This document shows, piece by piece, positions 22,487 to 30,930 of a stretch of DNA of 64,000 nt. The position numbers and the translations under genes are program-made. This DNA comes from an uncultured Acidobacteriota bacterium. Lineage in GTDB: Bacteria; Acidobacteriota; Blastocatellia; RBC074. Every line of letters begins with the position of its first letter. Position 1 is the first letter of the stretch. The DNA is taken from positions 576,001 through 640,000 of the forward strand of contig CAWCKY010000002.1 in assembly GCA_963796275.1 (NCBI GenBank), given 5' to 3'. The notes below the pieces were generated by a model. The model was not told the origin of the DNA. It worked only from the letters and a program-made list of their open reading frames with translations, and made no database searches.

Positions 22487-22613
22487 GTAGTTCCGCCTTC
22501 AGGCGGCCTGAAATCGATCGAAAAGAAAAAGACCGAGGTGACGCGGAACTCCAAACGCGATCTCAACGGCGATCTCAAAAGCGGAACATGTTTGGAGTTC
22601 CGCCTTCAGGCGG
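22487..22613. repeat. REP-like palindromic element cluster
   Basis: gtagttccgccttcaggcgg (22487-22506), a degenerate inverted copy ..gcggaactccaaac (to 22556), and gtttggagttccgccttcaggcgg (22590-22613); each full unit is a GTAG/GGAG tetramer followed by the CCGCCT/AGGCGG palindrome. Confidence 0.7.
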
Positions 22614-22661
22614 TCAGCCTCCTATGAATGGGGGATTCCAATATCCTGAGGAGATACGGTA

Positions 22662-24101
22662 ATGAAAGCACTGGAAAAAGAAGAGCTCGAAAAAAGAGCG
22701 CTCGCCAAACGCCGAAACTTCCTGATGCAGGCGAGCGGCGGGTTGGGGGCAATCGCGCTAGCTTCGGTGTTATCCGACGACGTGTTCGGCACGGAGAATA
22801 AAACCACTGACCCTCTGGCCTCGAAGAACCCTCACCACAAGCCGCGCGCCAATTCCGTCATCTGGCTTTTCATGGAAGGCGGACCGAGCCACCTCGACAC
22901 CTTCGACCCCAAACCGGCGTTGGATAGGTTAGCGGGAAAGCCGATGCCTGAATCATTCGGGAGGCCGCTCACGGCGATGGGCACGGCTTCGAATACAATC
23001 ATGCCCACCAAACGCATATTCAAACAGTACGGGCAAAGCGGCATCCCCGTCTCAGACTGGCTACCGAATATCGCCGAACACGCAGACGAGCTGGCCGTCA
23101 TCCGCTCTTGCTGGGCAGATGGGTTGAATCACGTCGGGTCGGTTTGCCAGATGAACACCGGTTCGATCCTGGCTGGCCGCCCCTCGCTGGGAAGCTGGGC
23201 AACTTATGGCTTGGGTACTGCGAATCAGAACCTGCCGACCTTCATCATACTGTGTGACGATAAGGAAGTAGTCGGCGGCCCCAAGAACTGGAGCTCCGGC
23301 TTCCTGCCGGCGGTCTACCAGGGCACACAATTCCGCCAGGGACCGACGCCGATCTTCCATCTCGCCGCCCCCGAAACGATAGGAGATGAGCAGCAACGAA
23401 ATAAACTCGACCTGCTGGCTCAGATCAATAAGCGCTTCTCCGCTTCAAGGACGGATGACACCGAACTGCTGGCGCGCCTCAACTCTTACGAGTTGGCTTA
23501 CCGCATGCAGTCGGCCGCACCTGAGGCCGTAGACCTTACGAAAGAGTCGGAGGCGACGAAGAAACTCTACGGCATCGATAACCCGGCCACGACCAAATAC
23601 GGCACGATGTGCTTGCTCGCGCGCCGCCTGGTCGAACGCGACGTGCGGTTCATCCAGTTGTATTCGGGATCGGGCAGCGCCTGGGATGCTCACAACAATA
23701 TCGAAAGCAACCACACCCGGATGTGCCTCAGCACCGATAAACCAATCGCCGGCTTGCTAGCTGACTTGAAGTCTCGCGGTTTGCTCGAAACAACGCTCGT
23801 TGTCTGGGGCGGAGAATTCGGCCGCACGCCCTTCAACGAGAAAGGCGACGGACGCGATCATAATCCATGGGGATTTACTATCTGGATGGCAGGGGCTGGG
23901 ATCAAGGGCGGCCAGATTATCGGCGCGACCGATGAAATTGGATTGCGGGCGATCGATAAGCGGGCGCACGTCCACGACATCCACGCCACAATCCTCCATA
24001 TGCTCGGTCTCAATCACCATCGCACACTATTTCAGCATAATGGGCGGATGGAACGGCCAACTATTAACGGCGGCGTACTGATAAAGGATCTGATCTCATA
24101 G
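22662..24101 (+). CDS. DUF1501 (sulfatase-like) protein with a Tat-like signal
   Basis: KRRNFL; FMEGGPSHLDTFDPKP; WGGEFGRTP; GRDHNP; HVHDIHATIL; usual partner of DUF1549/1553 proteins. Confidence 0.92.
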   Translation: MKALEKEELEKRALAKRRNFLMQASGGLGAIALASVLSDDVFGTENKTTDPLASKNPHHKPRANSVIWLFMEGGPSHLDTFDPKPALDRLAGKPMPESFGRPLTAMGTASNTIMPTKRIFKQYGQSGIPVSDWLPNIAEHADELAVIRSCWADGLNHVGSVCQMNTGSILAGRPSLGSWATYGLGTANQNLPTFIILCDDKEVVGGPKNWSSGFLPAVYQGTQFRQGPTPIFHLAAPETIGDEQQRNKLDLLAQINKRFSASRTDDTELLARLNSYELAYRMQSAAPEAVDLTKESEATKKLYGIDNPATTKYGTMCLLARRLVERDVRFIQLYSGSGSAWDAHNNIESNHTRMCLSTDKPIAGLLADLKSRGLLETTLVVWGGEFGRTPFNEKGDGRDHNPWGFTIWMAGAGIKGGQIIGATDEIGLRAIDKRAHVHDIHATILHMLGLNHHRTLFQHNGRMERPTINGGVLIKDLIS

Positions 24102-24119
24102 AATTAACAAAAACATTAT

Positions 24120-24148
24120 TTGACATAAATGAATCATTTGTGTAGTTT
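24120..24148 (+). promoter_or_regulatory. Sigma70 promoter candidate for the DsbA operon
   Basis: TTGACA-17 nt-TAGTTT. Confidence 0.5.
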
Positions 24149-24300
24149 GCATAATCGCTGTGCAGTTTGTTTTTTCTCCCCCTGAACCCAACGATCAGTC
24201 TCAGTTAAAGCTCACATAGATCAACGACTTTTTGTTATGTCAGCTGTGCATTCTTTGTTTCTTTGCCCAATTAAGGTCCTCACAGTCGTTGCAGAGGAGA

Positions 24301-25437
24301 ATGTGCGTGTTCAACAGGATTATCGAGATTATCGAGATTATCGAGATTATCGAGATTATATTGATAACGATCGCCCTCAGCATTGGCCTCTTCTCCGCGG
24401 TTTCACTCTTTCCCAATGAATCATATGCTGGAACAGCGACCTTTCCTTGCTGCCAGAGCGACGGTAAAGAGAAACGACCCCAGCAGGAAGAACCGATAGC
24501 GGTAATAAACGGCCGCAGGATCGACAAATCTGATGTCGATGCCCCGATGGCATCTCAGATACAGGCGCTCGAACAGAAGATATACGAGATGCGAAGCAGG
24601 TCTCTGGAGACGCTGATCAACAAATTCCTCCTCGACGAAGAAGCAGCCCGGAGAGGTATCAATCTGGAGGAGTTGAGGCGTCAGGTAATAGCCGGAGTCA
24701 AGGTCGACGAAAAAGAAGTAGAAGCTGCATACAACAATAACCTGAGTCGCTATGGACCGCCTCCGGTCAGTGAACTTGAAGCCAAAGAACGGATCAGGGC
24801 AACGCTGGAGTCTCAGAAGCGATCGCAGGCTCTAAGCCAGGCAATAAGTGAGCTCAGGAGCAAATCCAAAATCGAACTCTACCTGAAAGCCCCGGAACCA
24901 TTGAAAATTGAGATCGATAAGAATGGTCCTGCGTTAGGCGCTGATAACGCTCCAATTACTATTGCTGTATTCTCCGATTTTCAATGTCAATACTGTAAGA
25001 AGGTCAATGATACGTTGAAACAGGTAATGCAAAGTAGTAACAAAGTCAGGATACTATATAAAAATCTTCCATTACCCAACCACGCCCAGTCCTTCAAAGC
25101 CGCGCAGGCCGCCAATTGTGCCGCGGCACAGAACAAGTTTTGGCCATATCACGACCTCCTTTTCGAACATTCGAGCGATCTCTCCGACAATTCGTTGAAG
25201 AGATATGCATCCGAGATTGGGATTGATTCGAATAAATTCAATTCATGTATCGACTCAGAGGGCAGCAGAGAAGCGGTCTTGAAAGATTTACAGGAAGCCA
25301 GACGAGCCGGGATATTCAGTACTCCGACTTTCATCATTAATGGTCGCGTGTTGAAGGGAGCGAGGACCTACGAGGACTTCAAAGCGATAATCGATCAAGC
25401 TCTCAAAGATCAAAAGACTGAAACTTCGGATAAATGA
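24301..25437 (+). CDS. DsbA/thioredoxin-domain oxidoreductase with a SurA-like helical N-terminal region
   Basis: FSDFQCQYC active site, KFWPYHDLLF, cis-Pro STPTFIING; hydrophobic signal segment. Confidence 0.88.
   Translation: MCVFNRIIEIIEIIEIIEIILITIALSIGLFSAVSLFPNESYAGTATFPCCQSDGKEKRPQQEEPIAVINGRRIDKSDVDAPMASQIQALEQKIYEMRSRSLETLINKFLLDEEAARRGINLEELRRQVIAGVKVDEKEVEAAYNNNLSRYGPPPVSELEAKERIRATLESQKRSQALSQAISELRSKSKIELYLKAPEPLKIEIDKNGPALGADNAPITIAVFSDFQCQYCKKVNDTLKQVMQSSNKVRILYKNLPLPNHAQSFKAAQAANCAAAQNKFWPYHDLLFEHSSDLSDNSLKRYASEIGIDSNKFNSCIDSEGSREAVLKDLQEARRAGIFSTPTFIINGRVLKGARTYEDFKAIIDQALKDQKTETSDK
24318..24360 (+). repeat. In-frame 9-bp tandem repeat (GATTATCGA x4.7, encoding IIE)
   Basis: gattatcga repeated four times, then gattata. 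Confidence 0.9.
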
Positions 25438-25454
25438 ATCAGGAGGGATTTGAA

Positions 25455-26378
25455 ATGAAAGCTGCACGGCGTTTCGGATATATTACACCGATACTCAGCG
25501 TGGTCTTCTCAATGCTCGCGTTTTCAGCGGTAAACGCCCAGAACATCTGTACGGTCTCCCTCAATACTGTCAATCACAACAGATACGCCTATGAAACGGA
25601 TGAAGAGTGTACCGCCGGTCTGCACACAGTACCGTGGGGTAACTGGGGGGTAAATTCCAACGTCGGAACCGTTCAGGACAGAGATCAGTTCAAAGGATGG
25701 AGACAGTCATGTTCCGAGGTCAAAGTCGAATGGAACAGCTGCTCTGTCAATTATGCACACCCCGATCAGAATTGCTCAAGACTTAATTTCCCTAATTGGG
25801 AAGGTACTTATCCATATCCGGCAAATGGCTATCCGGCAAGCGACTCCTATGGCTGGAATGATACGGTCCTCCCTTTCGGGAACACCACCTGCGTGGATCA
25901 ATATTCTCCTTGCGGGTTCAACCAATATGGCGGCGCACAGGTAAGTTACCAGGTGTCCGCACCTAGAGACTTCGACTGCGATGGAACTTTCGACAGCGGC
26001 GGCTGCCTTGACTTGAACGGTTCTTCTTTCACTGTCCGCAATAATTTCATGTCCGTCTATGAGCTGGACAGCCCGGACAGCGACGACCTCGTCGAAAGTA
26101 TGTATTTCCCCGATCTATCGGTAACGATGAATTGTGATGCGTATGGTTGTTACGCGGTCGGAGATAACAATTACGATGGTTGGATCGATGACGTAAACGA
26201 TCAATCCAGCCCGGCTTACAAGTGGCCGACGGTATATCAGGATGATTTGGATGTCATCTGTTATCCGAATGACTTCGGCGTTCCATGTAAAAGAATCGAT
26301 GCCACCATCCGGATCGGTCGCTTCTCCGGCTCTTTAAACCGGGCGCCGTGTGACCCGGTATGCAACCCTGATTGTTAG
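25455..26378 (+). CDS. Secreted cysteine-rich acidic protein of unknown function (16 Cys)
   Basis: AGGAGG RBS; signal peptide ending AVNA; 16 cysteines; C-terminal CDPVCNPDC. Confidence 0.75.
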   Translation: MKAARRFGYITPILSVVFSMLAFSAVNAQNICTVSLNTVNHNRYAYETDEECTAGLHTVPWGNWGVNSNVGTVQDRDQFKGWRQSCSEVKVEWNSCSVNYAHPDQNCSRLNFPNWEGTYPYPANGYPASDSYGWNDTVLPFGNTTCVDQYSPCGFNQYGGAQVSYQVSAPRDFDCDGTFDSGGCLDLNGSSFTVRNNFMSVYELDSPDSDDLVESMYFPDLSVTMNCDAYGCYAVGDNNYDGWIDDVNDQSSPAYKWPTVYQDDLDVICYPNDFGVPCKRIDATIRIGRFSGSLNRAPCDPVCNPDC

Positions 26379-26385
26379 CTATAAT

Positions 26386-26410
26386 AGTTTTCAGTTTTCA
26401 GTTTTTAGTT
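26386..26410 (+). repeat. CAGTTTT heptamer repeat
   Basis: agttttcagttttcagtttttagtt; same unit as the arrays at 42371-42528. Confidence 0.75.
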
Positions 26411-26533
26411 ACAGGATGAGATCAGAAAGCTGAATTGGATTAGGCAACGATGAAATGCCGGAAGCGCGGCATACTTATCGCTTCGTAAAAAGAGACGCTC
26501 AAGATCTATCCTGAAACTTTTCTGGGAGATCGT

Positions 26534-27475
26534 ATGATCAAAGCAATTATCGCATCGTGCGTTTTGGTCGCTGCTCTTTGCCCCATCATAGCCACAGGAC
26601 AGACGGGGCAGAGCGGCGCAGGAAAGATTATCGGCAAAGTTATAGAACGCGAATCGTTCCAGACGATCCCGGCCGAAATCTCTATCGCAGGCCGCGATGA
26701 TCGCAATCTTTATCTGAGACACGCTAAGGCTTCGGAAGACGGTCTGTTCGAAATCGCCGATCTGCCGGCCGGAGAATTGCACCTGACCACCAAATTTGAA
26801 GGATATGCGACCGATCATTTGAACGTCTCTCTCAGTAAAGGTGAGACCCGATATGTTGAGTTCTATCTGGCGAAGGGCAAAACAGTGCGCGGGGTTGTCC
26901 TGGACCAGTCGAATACCCCAATCGCCGGCGCCCGAATTAACGTCGGTTACGTTCGTGATGCAACCGCAGTCTCTGCAGTAGTTGCTCGCTACCAATGGGA
27001 GATGGGAGATGCAGTTACGGATCAGCTGGGGAGGTATGAGATTCGCAACCTGCATCCGGAACAGGAGTTCATGATTGAAGCGATACACCCAAAATATCCA
27101 TCGATAACCTCATCACCATTGCGGTTCAATCCGCAGGAGGCAGAGCTATCTCTGAATCTTTCTGTCAGCAGGGGGGTCGGAGTAATCGGTATAGTACGCG
27201 ATGCCGAGAGAAATATTCTCAAAGGCGCCAGAGTAATGATGTTTGATGTTGTAAAATCTGATTCTCCGCAATTATCCCAATCACAGAGCGCGATAGATGG
27301 CCGCACGCATACATCGAGTGACGAAGCCGGGGCTTTCAATTTCGAACAGATAATGCCGATGAAAAAGATGCTTGTCGTAGTGCATCCGGGCTATCAACCC
27401 TATCGGCAAATCATCGATCTGACTGGACGGCAAACTCAGTTATCGCTCGACGTGGTGCTGCAAAAGAAGAATTGA
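26534..27475 (+). CDS. Secreted carboxypeptidase-regulatory-like (transthyretin/CnaB-type) repeat protein
   Basis: Signal peptide; three units of G.V.D....I.GA.V..G.F.I..L..G..HP.Y. Confidence 0.8.
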   Translation: MIKAIIASCVLVAALCPIIATGQTGQSGAGKIIGKVIERESFQTIPAEISIAGRDDRNLYLRHAKASEDGLFEIADLPAGELHLTTKFEGYATDHLNVSLSKGETRYVEFYLAKGKTVRGVVLDQSNTPIAGARINVGYVRDATAVSAVVARYQWEMGDAVTDQLGRYEIRNLHPEQEFMIEAIHPKYPSITSSPLRFNPQEAELSLNLSVSRGVGVIGIVRDAERNILKGARVMMFDVVKSDSPQLSQSQSAIDGRTHTSSDEAGAFNFEQIMPMKKMLVVVHPGYQPYRQIIDLTGRQTQLSLDVVLQKKN

Positions 27476-27527
27476 CCGGCATAGTGTATTGGTCATTTTC
27501 TTTTGCTGCTTTTGTTTCCACCAAACA

Positions 27528-30500
27528 TCAGAACCCAAACATAATATTCAAGTTAAGTTGCCGCGGCGCACCGGCATTGCTCGGATGCCCAAGGTAAGGC
27601 GAACCTAGCACGCCTCCATATTGGCCAAAGTTTACGTGGTTGAAGATATTGCTGATATTCAGGGCAAAGCGGAGGGTGAACCGTGCTGATTCGGGATTTT
27701 CTAGACTACCCCTGCCCCCGCCGCCTCCGCTGCCCCTCCTGCCCCCGCCGCCACCCCTGCGGCCGCCCTGCCCGATTCGTCCACCAGCCTGGCCACCCGC
27801 CTCGGCACCGATAAAACCAGTTTCACCTGCATTCGACATATTTCCGGCCTGCACGCCGTTTCGCTGGCCAAAGCCGAAAATTTTGGATATCCCTATGTTT
27901 GCATTGAACGTGCCAGGCCCTTCGGCCTTCAAGCCACTCGGGAAGTAAGCGTTCAGGTAATCGAGCAGCGTCATCGTCGACCCGCCCGCTATCCTAACCG
28001 TTCGACCGGGCAGCGGGATCAGCGGATAAAGCATGGCCGGTAAATCCGAATTACGGCCAATCCCGGCCGGCCGATCGCTGAATTGCGTGTCGAGGTTATT
28101 GTCCACCCCGCTGGTTATATTGAAAGGCGCTCCCGAATTTACAAAAAGGTTCGGAGTTACCCTCAAACTCCAGGGCAGATTCACCATCAACAGCATATTG
28201 AAAGAGTGGCGACGATCGCTGAACGAACGCGCCCATTCGGACGAAAGATCGTAGTTGTTTGCCGGGAAAGCGGCATCATCCCTAGCCCAGGCGAGACGGT
28301 AGTTGCTGAAAAACATGAAGCGCTGGCTGAATCGGCGCGAGAATCCGAATGCTAGTTCGTGTCGTATGGATTTCCCTCCCGACTCGGTAGCTATGACATT
28401 TCCCTGCGCGGGATCGGGGCGCTCGCCTGTTTCTGGAAGCGGCGCATTGATATTACGCGCCCGGAACAGATGGACGCCGCGGTTGATGTTATAGCTCAGC
28501 GTCCCGACAAGCGCCCTCGGTAATTGATGTTCGAGACTGAGCATGCCGCTGATGTTGTATGGCGCGCGGAGATTGGGATCCAACACTTCGCGGGTGCTGC
28601 TCTGCTGCACTCTGTTAATGCTGGGGCTGAGCACCGATAGATTCGCCGGGATCGGATCGAGATAGATCGGATTGAAAATTGTTATCGTCTCCTGCGCCTG
28701 CTCGATGTAGCGCAGCGCATTGGCATAGGCGTTCGCGCTCAGACGGTTGAAGAAAAGACCACCGCCGCTGCGGATGACCGTTTTACGGTTCCGGAAAGGT
28801 GACCAGGCGACCGATAAGCGCGGCGCGAAGTTCAGCTTGTCAGCCAGATTTTGTTGGAACTCGTGGCGCAGCCCCAGAGAAATGGTCAATGACTGGCTGA
28901 GGCGAATATCGTCATTCATATACCAGGAAGCCTCATACTGGCTATAGCGCAAAGACGGATCCCCACCATTGACTGCACGATTGATCGTGAATAACGCAGC
29001 GCTCACCGGCTCCCCCATGAGCGCACGGCCGTATTGATCGAGCGTGGAGAAAGAGTAGGTTCCGTTGAAATTGTTCAGGTTAAGATCTCGGACATTTTGT
29101 TGTTCGAGCTGAAGACCGACTTTGATCGTGTGCTTTTTGAGAGTCGTCGTCAGGGAATCCTGAAACTCGATGGTGTTGGTCCGCGAATCACTAGATCGGG
29201 TCGAACCACCACCCTGAAATGCATCGAGCACGTCGATCGCCACAGCTTGCATCACGGGCAATGTCCTGCTCGTCTCCTGCTGAACGCGAAGGCGCGCTTC
29301 GTGAACCAGCCGCGTGTTGATCAGAAAAGTCTCCGAAAAAGAGAGCGAGTGATTGGCGCTTTCGCTGTTAGATGCGCGGTCTGGCGGCATGAGACTCCCG
29401 CCTGTACCGCTGCTATTAAAGCCGCCGCCGATAAAGCCCCCACCACCTCCGCCTCCGCCGCCGCGGCCGCCGAAACCGCCGCCGCCGCCAAAATTACCGC
29501 CGCCGAAATTACCGCCGGCGAATCCTCCGGTGGCGAACTCGGAATTGGTGCGCTCGCTTCCGCGATAGTTGTAATTCATGCGGAGCATGTTCCTCTTGTT
29601 GATAAACAGGCCAGAACGAAGAGAATACCCCGTGCTGCGAGAAGGCGCAGGCACATTGGCGGTGAACAATCCGTCGAGCGTCGTAGCTGATACGAGACCG
29701 CTGCCATCAGTCGGGACCCAATCGACGTTGGCGCTGAAGTCAAGCCGCTTGGGAATGACCGGGCCGCCAAAGAAGAACGTATAGCGTTGCTGGTCCAGTT
29801 CAGGTTTAACCAGCGCGAATGCATTGCGCGCATCGAGCGCGGAATTGCGAAAACCGAAAGAGACGTTGCCGCGCCATTCGCCACTGCCGGGCCTGGTTAT
29901 GATCTCGATGCGGCCGTCTCCGCCTCCGCTGGAGAATTCCGGCGAAAAAAGATTCTGATTGAGGCGGACTTGCATGATCGATTCCCGCGGAGGCATTCGC
30001 CCGCCTCTGAAACCGTGGATCATGATTTGCGCATTGCCGGTCCCGCCCGCGAGAGCCTGTAAGAACTCGATCATCTCCTCCTCCGTCTCCGGCAAGAGCT
30101 CTTGAATCATCTTTTCATTAAGAACGATTCCGGTCAGATTCTGATCAGGTTCGACCGAGACACCCTTGCCATCGGCCGGGATGTCCGTGGATTCATTGAC
30201 CGCAGCGACTTTCATAACGACCTTGAGGGGCGAATTCATCGATGCGGGCTCTATCCCATTCTCAACGTAAGTCTGAAAGCCCTTGTACTCGACGATCAAG
30301 ATATAGATTCCCGGGGGAAGATTTGAAATGGTGAATTCTCCCCTGGAATTGCTCGTAACCGTTCGTTTGCCTTCCTCCCCTGTCGATACTGATACGTTAG
30401 CGCCCTTGAGCGCTGCTCCCAATTCATCGATCACCTGGCCCCGTAACGTTACGGCAGTCTGCCCATACAGCGTCGATGTCAACAGGACGATTCCTAACAG

Positions 30501-30539
30501 GGTTTGCCATAGCATCTTGTTTTTCATTATGCGTCTCAT
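27528..30539 (-). CDS. TonB-dependent receptor-like outer-membrane protein with Gly-rich loops (start 30527 or 30539)
   Basis: Carboxypeptidase-regulatory N-domain, RNSALDARNAF, NFAPRLSVAW, terminal FGF; poly-Gly/RGG inserts. Confidence 0.85.
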   Translation of the reverse strand: MRRIMKNKMLWQTLLGIVLLTSTLYGQTAVTLRGQVIDELGAALKGANVSVSTGEEGKRTVTSNSRGEFTISNLPPGIYILIVEYKGFQTYVENGIEPASMNSPLKVVMKVAAVNESTDIPADGKGVSVEPDQNLTGIVLNEKMIQELLPETEEEMIEFLQALAGGTGNAQIMIHGFRGGRMPPRESIMQVRLNQNLFSPEFSSGGGDGRIEIITRPGSGEWRGNVSFGFRNSALDARNAFALVKPELDQQRYTFFFGGPVIPKRLDFSANVDWVPTDGSGLVSATTLDGLFTANVPAPSRSTGYSLRSGLFINKRNMLRMNYNYRGSERTNSEFATGGFAGGNFGGGNFGGGGGFGGRGGGGGGGGGFIGGGFNSSGTGGSLMPPDRASNSESANHSLSFSETFLINTRLVHEARLRVQQETSRTLPVMQAVAIDVLDAFQGGGSTRSSDSRTNTIEFQDSLTTTLKKHTIKVGLQLEQQNVRDLNLNNFNGTYSFSTLDQYGRALMGEPVSAALFTINRAVNGGDPSLRYSQYEASWYMNDDIRLSQSLTISLGLRHEFQQNLADKLNFAPRLSVAWSPFRNRKTVIRSGGGLFFNRLSANAYANALRYIEQAQETITIFNPIYLDPIPANLSVLSPSINRVQQSSTREVLDPNLRAPYNISGMLSLEHQLPRALVGTLSYNINRGVHLFRARNINAPLPETGERPDPAQGNVIATESGGKSIRHELAFGFSRRFSQRFMFFSNYRLAWARDDAAFPANNYDLSSEWARSFSDRRHSFNMLLMVNLPWSLRVTPNLFVNSGAPFNITSGVDNNLDTQFSDRPAGIGRNSDLPAMLYPLIPLPGRTVRIAGGSTMTLLDYLNAYFPSGLKAEGPGTFNANIGISKIFGFGQRNGVQAGNMSNAGETGFIGAEAGGQAGGRIGQGGRRGGGGGRRGSGGGGGRGSLENPESARFTLRFALNISNIFNHVNFGQYGGVLGSPYLGHPSNAGAPRQLNLNIMFGF

Positions 30540-30784
30540 AAAAGCTGTGAATGGCGCCGAATCAGCAGCCAGCGGTGGAGCGAAGACGACACAAGGTCCT
30601 TTCCGTAGTTTTCCTTTGGCTAACGCACCTTATCTTTTCATTCATTAAGGAAAGAGGAGAAGTTTGGAACTGGACCAAGCTTCCCTCTTCCCCGTCGCGC
30701 GGAGGTCGCAAGCGAGAATCTCGCTCGTAGTCACAGATAATGAGTTGTTATCGCGAAAAGGTGTTAAAGAAGAAGAAAAGAGTT

Positions 30785-30868
30785 TGTAAGAAATGTAAAT
30801 TCGTAGCGTGGAATTTCACTCACACTAAAATCCAATGCACGGCAGAGCACAAATGTAAAATATGTAAA
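30785..30868. promoter_or_regulatory. Two TGTAA-N4-TGTAAA direct-repeat pairs, putative response-regulator boxes
   Basis: tgtaagaaatgtaaa (30785-30799) and tgtaaaatatgtaaa (30854-30868), lying between the divergent TBDR and HK-RR genes. Confidence 0.45.
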
Positions 30869-30930
30869 TTATGTTCCCGCAGGCTGTTATAACGATTAAT
30901 GCCTCTTCTATCCGGGATATAATCGGTGCG

